Notes: generated by a model not told the origin, from the letters alone. DNA of 64,000 nt from Lama glama (GCA_028534125.1 CM052817.1:18416001-18480000); one strand, 5' to 3'; shown: positions 50,899 through 64,000, counted from the stretch's first letter. Numbers and translations are program-made.

Positions 50899-53800
50899 TG
50901 AGGGAAGCATTGATTACAAGGGGTGGCACCTTTAGGGGAACAGCCACGAGACAAGGAGAGGCCCCCACGTAGAGCAGCACATCAGTGAAGGAGTAACCAC
51001 CAAAGCTGGTGGTAAGCAAGCGCTCAGAAGCCTTCCCTTCCATTTTGGTAAGAAGCTAAAGTTTTGGGGATTGAGGAAAGCTGGGGTTCCATCACCCCTG
51101 CTCATAAGGCTCTTATCAAGATGTATTTGGTTTCGTGACCATAGAAAGAAGGTTACATACGTCTTTAGAATCTAGGGCTCAGACTGCCTTTCCAGGAAGG
51201 GAATAAATGTTACCTAAATGCCTCAACTAAAACCCTGAAACTACACTCAGAGCTTTTGCACACACATGTGTGCATGCACACATGTGTATGAGGTACATTA
51301 CATATGTACATACAGAACCTACATAAAACTGTATCTTAGAGCTACAAACACGTGGAAGACTTGTTCTGTGCAGCTTTTCCTCCTCTCGATGCAGACGATC
51401 ATTTCATAAAGCTAAGGCTGTAGGGGTCAGCGGGGAGCCTACTTTCTATGGATTTCTCAGACAAGAAATTTGCCTTCTTGGAGGCAGGGTCTTAGAGGCT
51501 TCTGAGGAGACTTCATTTTTATACAACTGATTTCCAAACAAGCGACTACGAAAGTAATGAATGTTCATGTCAGAGAACCTGAAAAAAAGTGTATAAAAGG
51601 CCAAGGAGAAAATGAAAATCACCCACAACAAGACCTTTTTGAGAGAAAAGGGGTCCTTTTGCTATTTCAATATAAACTCCTTGGCATTCAATTCAATTGG
51701 AAAAGCATCCACTGTGCCCCGTGACCCCTGTGCAGGGAGGCCGCTGCTGGGACGCGTGCTGGAGTAACACTCGGCCCTCTTCAAGGGCCTGGGGATGGAG
51801 GAAGTGCTCTGACCACTCTCCTTGTATGGGATTCGGCGCTACCTCGATGGCTGTTGGCATGAGGTTCCAGCCTAAGCACACTTGTCATATTTGCCAAGCC
51901 ACTGAGGGCTTTGACGAAGAACAGAAGCCTTAAAACTCCAACAACAGGCTAAATCAAATGGGAGAACAGCTTTTTATCCTTTGTGTCTAACATCAGGATC
52001 CGAAGGGTGGAGTTCAGCTGAGACAAGACCGCATCGCCACGAAGAACTGATGGCGAAGGTATAGTAACTTGCCTTTTTATTTGGATGACTTGTGGAGGAG
52101 GCCGTTGCCAGAGAGACCTGATGCAGATTGGGGCAGACTATGAACCAGCTGGGTGTCTCCCACGTGTGGGTTTAAATCACCCTGACCAAATTGCCTGAGA
52201 CAGGTTGTACAAAAGCTATCAGCTGCTCCTGCCTTTTCACCTGCCACCAGTTTCTTCTAGTCATTTCTTATTACTGTCTTTGTGCATAAATGCTTCCATA
52301 AGATGGCTGCATTTATTCTTTGGGTAACACATGCTTGGGAGGAACTTATATTTTCAGGGGACGATTTGGAGTAGAAGAGGAGGTGGTGGCAGCTTGGAGG
52401 CTACAAATGACTTTGGCAATTATGGGTGTGCACAAGGCAGCTTGGTTTCCAAATGATTCCAGGAAACCAGGGAGCATCTGTGCCTCCTGGAGGTTGTTTT
52501 CCTGCCTCTGTAGTGGAATCTCTGCTTGTAGGTGACAGTGCTGTAGGTGAGACAGATGCAGGCAAACATCTCCACATGTACCCACCGCCCCCCACCTGCC
52601 TAGCCCACATCCAGCTTGAGCAGAGCAATCAGAGAAGGGAAAGAAAATACAACATAACGAAACAAAGCAAACGTTGCACGCAGTAATGAAGAAAACTCAC
52701 AAGTGGAGGAGGGTTAGCAAACAACTGGGATGATGGGTTTGGGGTCGGCTCTGTGTTTTAAATTAAAATCTGAAATGAAATCCCTGTGGGTTAGGAACAA
52801 CTAAGCAGCTCCTTGTGAACTGTCCACAGCTGCTCAGATGCTAATTTTCTTTCTTTTCTGCAGGCATTTTGGGGAAATAAGCAAGGAAAGGAAATATACC
52901 TGCACTGTTTGAAATGCCTCCTTTCATGCCCTTGTCTGCTGACCATTAGCATCTCAGACAGCCTGTGTTCACTGTTGCCAGTTGTGCTGTGAAGTTGGAA
53001 GACCAGGAACTTTAGCATCTTTCTCCGCTAAGGATTCAGGAGGAAAGTCTCCATGACTGCCCATGTTCCTTCGGACCACTGGAGCAAGTATGACCCCATC
53101 TGGGTGTTGTGTGGCTTCAGTTCTAAGGGGGCCACTCCCGGAATTCACATTTCATCCCTGCATCCATTCCAGAATTAAATCCTCCTGATTTTTTAAGGAT
53201 TTCTTCTCTCCCAGTTTCATCTGGGGTCATTGACTTTGGATTATGAGGCAGTTGTGGTATGTTTTTCATAGCCCCTGGCTTCTTTGTCTCTTGCCTCCAG
53301 CCCACACATTTCCAAGCTTGGCTCCTTCGAAATGCACCCTCCACTTGGGTGCCTCCTGGTTTCTCAGAGTGCGTGGTGAGAAGCCAGCAATTAGGAATGA
53401 GTGATGCTCCAGAAAGCAGAACAGAAGAATTTTGTTCCCGTCACTAGTAAACAACATCCTTATCACCTGGGGCAACCTCTTTAAATTGAAAACCTTATTA
53501 TTATTATTTTTAACTTATCTCTAACATTGGGAAAAAGGAGTGTTGTGAGGATCAAATATGACAATGAATCATTTAAAAACCTACGAAGATAGAAGTCTTC
53601 TATATGACTGAAGTAACATGTCTCTGTGGTCTCTGTTTTGACTCAGTTTGATATTGGAGAGAATGTGGATTTCTATTTGAGATAGATCTGCACAGCTAGG
53701 ATTTTGGCTTCTAGATTCAAATTTGAGCACAGTTAAAATGGAGGCTGCCACTCACCACACGGTTCCATATAACTTTCGGATGTGTGTTTCTGTGGTACCT

Positions 53801-54304
53801 TCCTATATTCTCCTATTATTTGAGTCTGGTAAAAAGAAAGCCATGGACTGAGGGTAATTTTTTTATAGACTGTACTTCAGACAACTCAAAATCAATAGTT
53901 TTCTTTGTTGAAGGCACCTGGGAAAGTAGAACATAAGGACTCATAGGGGTTTCCTATTGCTCTTTGAGGCCAATGGTAACACTTTATGGTATCCTCATAA
54001 AATGCGTGGTTGAGCACAAGGGAAATTGTATTTCATTATAGTTTATCATTGTGTGATGGTGGATAATCCTGCCTGTTGGAGCACTTGACATTCAGTATAC
54101 ACGTGGGTCAGAGAGCCTCTGTGTCTCTCCTCCTAGTGGCTTGGGGTTTATCAGGCAGCAAGAGGACCTGAGGGTGGGTTGATGGAGGGATGACAGACTG
54201 CGCGAAGGCAGCTGTGGCTTTTCAGAGACCCAAGGGATGCAAATAAAATGAATAATAACCCCTTGCTTAGAATGCTTGGGCATGAAAAAGTGGATAAAAC
54301 CAGC

Positions 54305-54540
54305 AATAATAGTAACAACAACAACAACAACAGTAATAATAACTAATGCATATTTATGAAGCACGTAGAATATCTCAGGCTTGGAGCTTACCGTTTTTAC
54401 ATGCATTTTCTCCTTGGAGCCCCATCTCACAGCCTCCCTGTGAGTTAAGCGCCATGATCATCCTGATTTTACTGGTAGGAAAGCTGGGTCTGAGGGAGAC
54501 TAACTTGCCCAAGCTTGCCCAGCCTGTAAGAGGAAGTCGT
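54305..54540 (-). mobile_element. MIR SINE with (CAA)n/(AAT)n tail
   Basis: aacaacaacaac tail; gactaacttgcccaagcttgcccagc core. Confidence 0.75.
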
Positions 54541-54552
54541 GTTTCACAGGAG

Positions 54553-54995
54553 TGGCAGAGGCTGACTAGTCATTCATCAAACCTGTTTTTGCTTCTTCTT
54601 GGGCGCACAGCTAGGCTGTATTTCCCAGCTCCCCATGCAGGTAGGTGCGGCCATGGGCTGAGTTCCAGCCAATGGGATGAGAGGGGAGTGATGCACAGAA
54701 ACCTTGCCAGACCTGTACAACCTCCCATAACCTCCCGTCCAGGCTCCTTGCCTGTGTTCCCCCTGGACTGAGAGGACTCTCATCTCCAGGGGACAGTAGA
54801 GACACCAGACTGAAGGAGCCTGGGACCCTGAATGACCGCATCGAGGAGAGCCACCTGCCCACGAGGAACACTTGCTTTCTAAATTCAACTCCATCTGAGT
54901 GAGAAATAGATTTCTATTATGTCCTACTATTGAAACATTGACGCCTATTTGTTATAGTAGCTTTTTAGCATTTATCCTTAGTCCCCAGTTAATAT
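54553..54995 (+). mobile_element. MaLR LTR, MLT1I/J-like
   Basis: tatttcccagctccccatgcaggtaggtgcggccatg...gaaggagcctgggaccctgaatgacc...tgagtgagaaata. Confidence 0.8.
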
Positions 54996-55229
54996 ATCCC
55001 TAGAAAGGATAGCCTATTAAATAGTACATTGCTCTCTACTTCAATGTATTATCATAGAAAGAAGTTCACTTATGAGGAAAAAATGAAATCAACGGGTACT
55101 CCATATTTAAAATGCTTGGTGACTGAGAAGCCCAGGATGTCTTAGTCTGTTGAAGTTCAACAACGTATTTTACTATAACATATCTCAGTCTTTTGTTTTC
55201 TTTTATTCCATCCTTCTTCTCTCATGCCT

Positions 55230-55980
55230 TCCTTCCCTTCCTTTCTGTTAAGTGCCTACTGTGTTCCATACATCATGCTATGTGGAGACAGAGAAAAGAA
55301 GAAAAGAAATGAACCCAGTCCTTGCCGGTAAGGAGTTCAGAGCCGAAGGGTGGGTCAAGATAAATAAATGCATAATTATGCTACACCTGGTGATGACAGA
55401 ATACTTGCACTATGGGAGCAGAGAGGAGGGGTACTGACCTGACCAGCGAGGGGCAAGGAAGACTTAGAGAGGGTGGGGACCGAGGGGGAATTTTCTGGGA
55501 TGTGTAAACCCTAGAAATTTTCAGGCAAATCTGGATGAGTTAGTCACTGGAAGTGGAGGTAATGCCATCAGCTATTCTAAAGGATGAGCATCCAGACCAA
55601 GGGGCAGCATGAGTGCTGGAGGGCGAAGTGCCAGACTGCGCTGTGGAAGATGAGGCTGGGGAGTTAGGCAGGAGAAAGGATGTGAAGGGCTTTGGAAACC
55701 ACAGGAAGGGGCATAGACATGTTTTAAACAGATGAGGGGCAGATGGCTGAGACTGAAGGCAACAAGGTAAGGAAAGAAGCCATTGCAGAGGTCCAACCCA
55801 AGGCAGGCAGAGAGGAGAGGTCATTTCCAGAATATTTAGAAGACAAAGTCTTTAGTACTTGGTTGTTGATGAAACAAAAGGGTTGAGAGAGAGAGAGACA
55901 GAGGGAGACAGAGGGCAGATCCAGGATGACTGGCAGGTTTTTAGAAGAGTCATTTCCTAGTGACTAGAAATATGGCAGAG
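55230..55980 (-). mobile_element. L2 LINE fragment
   Basis: ttaagtgcctactgtgt...cagtccttgcc..aaggagttcag...gatgactggcaggtttt. Confidence 0.7.
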
Positions 55981-56145
55981 AGCCTTCCTTTCTCCAAGTC
56001 TGTGTGTTGTGCTACCTGCCTCGTCTGTACCCTCATGGTCCCCTGGGGAGAGCGGCCCTTCATTTGAGGTCTCAGCAGGGTGCCTCTCTGCACACCTCCT
56101 GGCATCATAGTGCTAGTGCTCAGTGACCACTGAGGTCACTCGATG

Positions 56146-56698
56146 TGTAAGCCGCTCTTTGCAGGAAACTGCTCTCAGCAGGAAACCCCCTTTGCCTGTC
56201 TCTTTAACAAAGCTACCTTGTAACTAACAACCAGGCACCCACATGCTCTGCTGCTCTGACCCAAGCACACTTCTCAAATCTTGATCACCTGATACCTTGC
56301 CGAATGTGTTGGTTCTCTCTGTAGATCAAAGACATGAGAATGAAGAATAAGTAATTAACAGATGACCAGATCTCTTTCCTAGCTTCCCCTTAGTAATCTC
56401 TCAAACAAACTGTGAGCAAGACAGCATCTGAAGAAAAGGTCACGAGTTGCATGCAGTGGAGGATGGCGATGGCTCTGCCCCCGTATCTCAATGATTAACT
56501 GGAATTACTTCCCCTTTTCCCTTTAAAACTTCCATGGCTGAGTGGAATCTTGGGAGGTGGTTTTTGGGGGACACTGAGTCTACCATCTCCCCAGATTGCT
56601 GGCATTCTGATTAAAGGCAACTTTCCTTTCTACCAACATTTTCCCTTCTCCAGTATCAACTTTTGAGCAGCAAACAGCCAGACCTGAGTTTGGTAACA
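56146..56698 (+). mobile_element. ERV1-type solo LTR
   Basis: tgtaag...ggtaaca termini; TSD gatg/aatg (one mismatch at a CpG); tttaaaa TATA-like and attaaa polyA-like signals. Confidence 0.82.
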
Positions 56699-57184
56699 AA
56701 TGATGAGGCTCAAGCGCTACCTTAGAAAGGCAGACCAGTGCTGAGCAAATGAAGGGCCTACGTAAAGGAGGAATTGGTATTTAGAGTAGAAATTCAGCAA
56801 AAGCTTGGCTTTCAGAAAAGGAAATTATCTTGGCTTTTGCTTTATCCACTCAAAGCCTTCAAATGGAAAAGGATACCCCAAGGCCCTCTCCTCTCCAGAT
56901 TCCATTACAACCTCAGTCACCCATCATATTACCGTTTGCACCCATCAGTCAGGAAGAGCTGTGTTTCCAGCACTCTGAGTGTCTGCACCCGGGGGTGCCG
57001 ACTCCATTGTCTTCTGCTGGGGCTGGTGGAGCACTTGCACTGTCCCCGGTTTTGGACTTAGCATTTTACACGTGTGACCTTCTTTGAGGTTCATTTCACA
57101 GCCTCCTGGTGAGGCTTGTGCTATTCACAGGCAATTAGAATCAGAAACATTAATGTAACACTGAAAGCAGAAAAAGATTTTTTT

Positions 57185-57305
57185 TTATCTGGCTATGAGC
57201 TCCTTGAGGTCAAGGGCTGTATTTATTATTCACTTTCACATCCGGCGTAGTGCCTGGCCACTGTTAGATGCCTCAGGAATGTTTGCAGGATCAGTGGATG
57301 GATTG
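57185..57305 (+). mobile_element. L2 3' end
   Basis: ctatgagctccttgaggtcaagg...gtagtgcctggcc. Confidence 0.75.
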
Positions 57306-59329
57306 GTCCCTCCAGGGAAAATAAAACGAATGGCAGGAGGAGAATGCAGCCTTGATAGCTCATTGTCTAAAATCATCTTAAGCACTTTGGGGGTGGGGAA
57401 ACCAAAGGACTCTCTTCCCAAGTTTCTCTATTTTTAAATATTTGACCAAAGAGCTATTGTAATCTATCACATTCTCTGTTTAGATCAAATAGCATATTTC
57501 TATAGGAAAAGGTTGTTGTACGCTCTAGCTCAGTGCAGAAAAGAACAACAACAACAAAAAAAATCCAGTGTAAAGAAAAGTGAATAGAGATCGCTGGAAG
57601 TTATGTGTCTCATTAGATGACCAAAGGAGACCTAGAGCTTGGCTGTTATTTGCTTCCTATGGCAGTGGCTGGAGCTCTGTCCTGATTCACTGTTGCATAT
57701 TCCATAGACCTAGCTGAATCTGGGACCTAAATGTCACCTTGCTGAAGAACTTCAGTCAATCAATTATTTAATACCAATTTATCGAGTGTTTATTGTATTT
57801 ATAAAAGTACATTAAGAGGGAATCAGAGAAACAAATATGTGTAAGTACTGCCTTGGTGAAAACACATTTTAGTTTGGATTTTCAAGAATTCATGCATTTA
57901 TTTTGATAGCTATCACTCAATTTGGCTTTTATTTTGAAATAAACTCTAGTGGACAATTCACATGTTTTATGGCTGTTTATTTTGCTATACCACTAAATTA
58001 TATAATCATCTTGATTAAAGGTACTTTCAAGCATGCCAGATGCTGATGAGGAGACTGAGACATGGAGAAGATTGTTGATTTATCAAAAAAATTGTGTTGG
58101 AGCAGAGGCTAGAACCTCTTTTGTTCAAATGTAAATGTTTCTTAAAGTTCAAGCATGGTACATCATGACTAGTGCTGAAAGTAATGGGCAGTCTTCTGGA
58201 GCCTGGCAAAATGTCTGTAATCAAGAAGTTTATATTACCATTATGCCTGCTGTATTACTATTAGTTTCTTGCACAGTTTTAGAAATAAAGAGAAAAAAAA
58301 TCTATTCTTATCAACTTCAGCTTATTTCTGACTTAAAAAGGAGCACCCATTTTAGTTTTCGTAGCCATTTTGAGGATATGCCCTGCTTTGAAATACAAAA
58401 GCATAACAATAATTTTTAAAAACCTACAAAATCAGAATTGGGAAAGAAAAAACCTTCAAAACAAAAAAACCAACCTGAAAGTAAATCATTATGACTTTTG
58501 CCAGTTGTAAATTCTTCTCCTGGGTATGTGTAATTTCAGTGAGAGTAATCTCATTTCTTTAACTAAATGCAAATATAATATTGGTTCTAGTTTTAAAGAA
58601 GCAAATTAATCAGTAAGGCAGGTTTCAAGCCAAAAATTTCACTAAATGTTGTTGGTTGCGAAAGTATAAATTAATCGAAGTTGAATTTAGAATGACTAAA
58701 AAAATAATGAAATCTGGGAGAAAATCAACAAAAGAAAATGCTGCAAGTGAATTAGTTGATACAGTTGTTGGTTTAAGACAGAACTTTTCAGTCCTTGAAA
58801 TGAAAATATCCTCTTTGCACAAGAAAGTGGTAACAGAGTCATAACCTAGTTGCCAGCAGTTACAGGGATAGTACCATTCTCCACATGCTAATTATCTCAA
58901 ACTTGGTTTCTCCCTCTCCAAAGGAGTAGCAGTTCACGAGTAAGTGGAAACGTGGTTAGTGTAAAGATCAGTTGCTGTTTGTGCTTTTCAAAAACATTCT
59001 TTAGGGCTCGGTGATTTGCACAAAGGATGCCGTTCAAGGCTTAACATGGACCAAGAGAACATAAGACTGAGAACAGCTTGTGAGAGGAACTGGAAACCTC
59101 AAACTTTCACAGCAGAAAGGGAGAAGATGGCTTAGATAGCAGAGGGGATCTGACTGTAAATCCTACTGTAGCATCAGCAAGACATTCTGGAGGTTTTGAA
59201 TTTCCAGGGGTCATGGTCTACCATGATCATAGGGTCATGATACCATGTAATATTCCTTTATGGCTCTATGCTTAAAATCTTCCCTATTCTACATCATTAT
59301 GACTATATATATATATACATTTAACCATC

Positions 59330-59700
59330 CCCTCTCTCTCCAGCATAACAGCCTCCTGAGATCTCAGCCTCTCATTTTGTCTCCCCATCCCTCCATCCTC
59401 ATAGCCACCAGGGTGATCTTTTTAAAAATGTAGACTTGAGCATATCACATCCCTACACGACATGCTCAGCATCAGACTCCCTGGCATGGTACAGGAAGGT
59501 CTTCGTAAAATGCTCCTTACTTTACTGGTCTCATCTTTGACCATCTCCTTCCTCTCAGACATGGTCTGGCCATTCCAACCACCTCTGAGTACATCATAAC
59601 ACTAGTCCTTACATGTCATTCTCTTCTTCACCTAGAACATTGCCCTCTTCTGGGAGGCTTCCCAAGCACCGATGAGCTCTTCTTTTCACAGGGCTCATGC
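59330..59700 (+). mobile_element. L2 fragment
   Basis: atagccaccagggtgatctttttaaaaatgtagact motif. Confidence 0.65.
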
Positions 59701-59894
59701 CTTCTCACACTGAACCCCTCCGGGGTGGGGATGGCCTCTTGACTGGGAGTCCAAGAACTGCATTGTGCTGACAAGCAATCCAAAGGGACAAATTAGAAAA
59801 GTCACACCTCATGGGAGCCAGAGCTTTAACTGTTTCACTAATGATGCAGAAAGATCCACTCTCCCCCAGACCTAGCAAGTGCCAAGTAAGGCCT

Positions 59895-60170
59895 TTTATT
59901 ACCATCATCGTTATAATTATAATGATGATAGCCATCATCACCGCTTGCCTGCCGTGGCCCCGGCACTGTGCTAAGTGTTTTTACATGGACCATCTCCTTT
60001 CGTCTTCACAATACCCTCATTGTACGCACGCACCCCCCACTTTGTACGTGATGGAAGTGGGGCTTAGAGGTCACATATGACCTGCCCAAGGTTACATGGC
60101 TAGTGGGTAGGAAGCTGGAGCTGACTCTCAATTGTCCAACTGTCTTATTAATGTAGCACAATATTTCAGC
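59895..60170 (-). mobile_element. MIR SINE
   Basis: ggcactgtgctaagtgtttttac...gacctgcccaaggttacatggctagt. Confidence 0.8.
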
Positions 60171-61291
60171 TTTTAATTTTGATCCATTCATAGGATGAAA
60201 GGGCAGCTTGAGTTCCTTATAAAGGTTAATATCTGCCTTCCCTCTTTAAATATATGGATGATGTCTCCTTCAAACTTGTATCTCCAGCACCTCTCATTGT
60301 TCCTAACACAAATGAGCAAATGCTTAATTGAATTATGAGTGAATGCTGGCCAACGTGGACATTCTGATGTTTCAGAGTAAGTAGGTTACGGATACGTAGC
60401 ACAGTTCTCCTAACATAAAAAGTGTTCTATCTTAGCCAACGAAACCTGAACAGAATGATGTAGAGCCCAGAGGGCTTGTTTAGTTATTTATTTGATCCTA
60501 ATTTGGTTTTTGGCTTTAATTTTGAGACTTGTCAAAAGAATCAACATCCAAACAAAACTGATGTTCACAGGTATCCTCAGTATTCATCAAGAACTTTCAA
60601 GAAATGATTTTTTTTTTCTTATATGGCCTAAGACTTTAAGTTTACTTTTAGACTTAAAACTGCACTGAAGCTTGCTGGAGAGATTCAATCAAGAAAATGT
60701 CACACCATGGTTCCATCTACTGAATTATTTGCTAACACTGAGGCCCAGTTAACACTGTTGACGTGATGCTGGCTGGCGGGGGAGGGGTGTGTGTGGAAAG
60801 TCTCACCAAGATCCTAGAGATTTTTAGTGGCGGTAGGACTCCTTCAAGGAGAGTGGCTTTGAGTGCTCTGTCCTTTAATATAAAATATCACTCAGCAAGC
60901 TGCACTCTCTGATAATTTTTATAGCAAAACATAACATGTTTTCCCAGCAAGGTCAGAAATGTCAATAAAAAGGTACAAATGGACTTGCCTGTGATTCTCA
61001 ATTTTGAAAACAGTCTGATCTCTTTAGTGCATTGGCGCTGAGGCTTGAAAAGCATGTCTATTTTCAAAGGGACTCTTGAGGCGACCCTAGACTTTTAACC
61101 AGGGCATCCGTGTGTGTGGCCATCGTGTCCTTTGGGGGATAATGCAGTACGCTGACCCTGGGTCAGGGGATATCGACACACAGGAAAGAATGTGTTACAT
61201 GGCTGCCCCTGGTTCCGCCTTTGGTTTGGGTTTGACAGTGGTTAATAGCTGTTTGGGGTGAAAAAAGAAACTTCACATGTAACTAATGGAC

Positions 61292-61886
61292 TGCATTCGT
61301 TTTCTACTGATGCATAAAGTATGACCACAAATGTAGTGGCTTATTTATTATCACATGGCTCTGTAGGTTATAAGTTAGGGTGGGCTTGGCTGTGTTCTTA
61401 GAGTCTTACAGGATGAAATCAAGATGTAGGTCAAGCTATGCTCCCATCTGTAGAATGTGGGGAAGAACCTACTTCTATGCTCACTTAAGTTGTTGGAAGA
61501 ATTGGGTTCTTTGAAGTGCAGGTTCCTTGGGATGTAAGAACAGTGTTCTGCTGGCTGTCAGCTGGGGGTCACCCTCAGCTCCAGGGAGGCTGTTCTTAGG
61601 TCCTTCTGTGTGGACCCCTCCATCTTCAAAGACATCAACTGCATATTGAATCCTTCTCACATTTGGAATCTCTGACTTTCTCTTTGATCAGCAGAAAAAA
61701 TATTCTGTTTTTAAAGGGCTTATGTGATTAGATTAGGCCTACCCAGATATCTTTGTATCTTCAAGTCAGCTGATTTGGGATTTTAATTACATTAGCAGAC
61801 TTTACTGCAGTACTTAAAAAGGATTATAGATTAGTGTTTAAGTGAATAGAAATTTTAAAGGCCATTTTGGGATTCTGCCTACCACA
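61292..61886 (-). mobile_element. MaLR solo LTR, MLT1E-like
   Basis: tgcattcgttttcta...gattctgcctaccaca termini; flanking ggac/ggac duplication (61288-61291, 61887-61890). Confidence 0.85.
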
Positions 61887-62059
61887 GGACCAATGTCAAT
61901 GATTTGCTTTGCATATACTACTTAATTTAAACATTTCAACAATCTATAAGGACACACGTTAATTGTTTAATTCATTCCCTCAGTAAATGATACAGCTGAT
62001 ATTCCATCCCAGTCTATTCTGAGTCTAAAACCAGTGCTCTGCCATGGTAATCAGGATAA

Positions 62060-62210
62060 TGACATTAATAAGACTAGCATTCTCTATGCCCCAGGACCTG
62101 CCACTTTCCATGTACTAACTCATTTAATCTTCACAACAACCCTGTAAGTACGTACTCTTATTGCTCCCATTTTGTTGGGGAAGAAGCCATGGAGGAGCCA
62201 ACCAGCTCTC
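62060..62210 (-). mobile_element. MIR fragment
   Basis: aactcatttaatcttcacaacaaccctgtaag. Confidence 0.8.
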
Positions 62211-62415
62211 AGGACTCTCATTAGTGTAATTAAACCACCCTGGTTCATCTCAACCTCTTTGTATCAGCGCAGCGTGTGGGAATTCAAAGAGAACTCAGTC
62301 ACCACAGCGACATCCACTCTAGGTGCTCACGGATTTCCTAGCTTGCTCACTTCTCTCTCAGGCATGTTTTCCTCACCTGTACAATAGGATGGGACACCGT
62401 CTAAGACTTTTATGG

Positions 62416-62939
62416 TGTTAAAGCAAAAGTTGTTTAACAGGCAAGAAAGACCCTACTGGAGACTATTCCAATAGGGAAGAGAGGCCAGAATACATTATAA
62501 ACTTAATTCTGCTGAAACAAAGGGCTGGAGGGCTTGTAAGAGCTGGGAGGGTGGTATCCCAGGCCATCTGTGTTTGCTAATTGGCTTCGCTTAAAGGAAA
62601 AAGTGAACTTCATCATTATCTTCATGACAGCAGGTAGTTTTACAGCTTAGAGCAAGGTGCCTGCCAAAGCGAGGCTCCTACCCTCCTAGAGAAACTGGCA
62701 GAGGGGTTTCCTCTTCCTCAGTATTGCATTGCCAATGGGTGGCTCCCAGATCCTTGAGAAAGACATTCTTGGGCTGTTAAACTGGCAAGAAGCTTTTAAA
62801 AAGATTTTCATTTCAAAGGAGCAAAGAATTTACAGGTTTTTCTAAAGTAAATAAGAAAAGGGAGGTTGGGGTTTCAAGTCAGGAAGAAATCTGCCTGAAG
62901 CTTAGTCAGGTGAGGGTAATGGTAAGACCATCTCGGTCA
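62416..62939 (-). mobile_element. ERV1 solo LTR, MER67-like, inserted in a MIR
   Basis: tgttaaag...ctcggtca termini; agtcaggaagaaatctgcctgaagcttagtca motif; MIR halves on both sides. Confidence 0.8.
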
Positions 62940-63129
62940 ACTGTGAAGACTAAATAGATAATGTGTGCTATCATGCTTTCTAATCTGAAAAGTACTATGC
63001 ACGTGTCACTTCCTCCAGGAAGCTCTCCTTGACCTTGTATGTCTAGGTTCTGGGCTCTTCCTATGCAGTCGCAGAGCTCCTGATCTCTCCGATGTAATAT
63101 TATATCAAGCTGCTAATAGCCTATCAACA

Positions 63130-63460
63130 GTCCTTTAAACAGGTATATAAATAAATAGCGTATGTATGTACTACAAATAGAAGTTTGTATAAATAGATCA
63201 TGGTACCTGTATGTGCACGAACACTACAGCCATTGAAGTTTACATTGAAGAAGAAATGCAATAACTTGGAAAAATGTTCATTGTAGATTGTTATGTTAAA
63301 TAAAGGAAAATTACAAAACACTGAAAAATATGATCCCAATTAAGTAATACACCAACAACAAAAACCACCAAAATGACAGAATTTATCTGTGGGTAGGGGG
63401 TATTTTGTTTTCTTCTTTGTGTTTTACCATGTTTTTGGATTTTCCACAATGAAAATATAT
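63130..63460 (+). mobile_element. Ancient L1 (L1ME-like) 3' fragment
   Basis: aacactacagccattgaa...ttggaaaaatgttcat...ttttccacaatgaaaatatattact. Confidence 0.65.
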
Positions 63461-63904
63461 TACTTCTGTCCCCAGAATAAAAAACACAATTTTACACAAA
63501 GAAATATGGGCCAAAAAAAGCTACAAAGGCAACTTTTATGACTCCCCGGCTCTAATCTATTGGAGGCAGACACAGCACTTAATAATGTTTCCTGAGTAAT
63601 TTCTTGTCTTTCCTTTAATACCGTCCTTCTGGTGGTCCACATCTGGACAGAGACCAAAGTGATGAAAAGACTCCATTCTTCCTGATGCATTGTTGTGTGC
63701 ACAGGCTGGCAGTCCTGGAAGAAAGAGGGTTTGTGGGAAGGATATATAAGAAGATTGTGATTCACTTCTCTTGCTTGGGTTATATCTACATCCTCATCTT
63801 TGACTTAATGTTCTTAATTGATTGATTAATTGATGGAAATGTTTATTTCCACCAGTTGCCCCTATGTGTCTGGCCAAGAAGAGTTGTCTAGAAATGGCAT
63901 GAGA

Positions 63905-63985
63905 GACATTGGTAGGTAATGAGTTTGCCATTACAGGAGGTATTCAAGCAAAGTCGGAATGGCCACTTGTCAGGAATGTGATGAA
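63905..63985 (+). mobile_element. L3/CR1 3' fragment
   Basis: ggtaatgagtttgccattacaggaggtattcaagca...ccacttgtcaggaatg. Confidence 0.65.
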
Positions 63986-64000
63986 GAGACTTCCAGCCTC

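Noticed and set aside
54346..54771. 141-aa ORF
   Set aside because: Spans MIR and MLT1 repeats, so it is repeat-derived
1..64000. Prokaryote-style novel system (CRISPR array, operon, defence island) or intact provirus
   Set aside because: No regularly spaced repeats, no long ORFs, no gag/pol/env, and no matched LTR pair; the sequence is typical mammalian non-coding DNA

Overview
Mammalian, repeat-rich, apparently non-coding DNA (roughly 40% GC, judged by eye): either a large intron or a gene-poor intergenic region. A tRNA-Ala-derived SINE of the Vic-1 type and the style of the young L1 3' ends point to a camelid genome (inference). I recognise no protein-coding gene, rRNA, functional tRNA or CRISPR array. 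The ORF track looks like chance ORFs and translated repeats. The window holds ancient repeats (MIR, L2, L3, old L1, MaLR/ERVL LTRs, MER2/MER58/MER63 DNA transposons), several ERV1-type solo LTRs with target-site duplications (TSDs), two young 5'-truncated L1s and one 36-bp L1 micro-insertion. Between these lie repeat-free, TAAT-rich blocks that may be conserved enhancers, and a few candidate + strand exons of an unidentified transcript. Repeat family names come from my recall of consensus sequences, not from a search, and boundaries without TSDs are approximate. I found no evidence of a new biological system; the findings are modest, testable leads.
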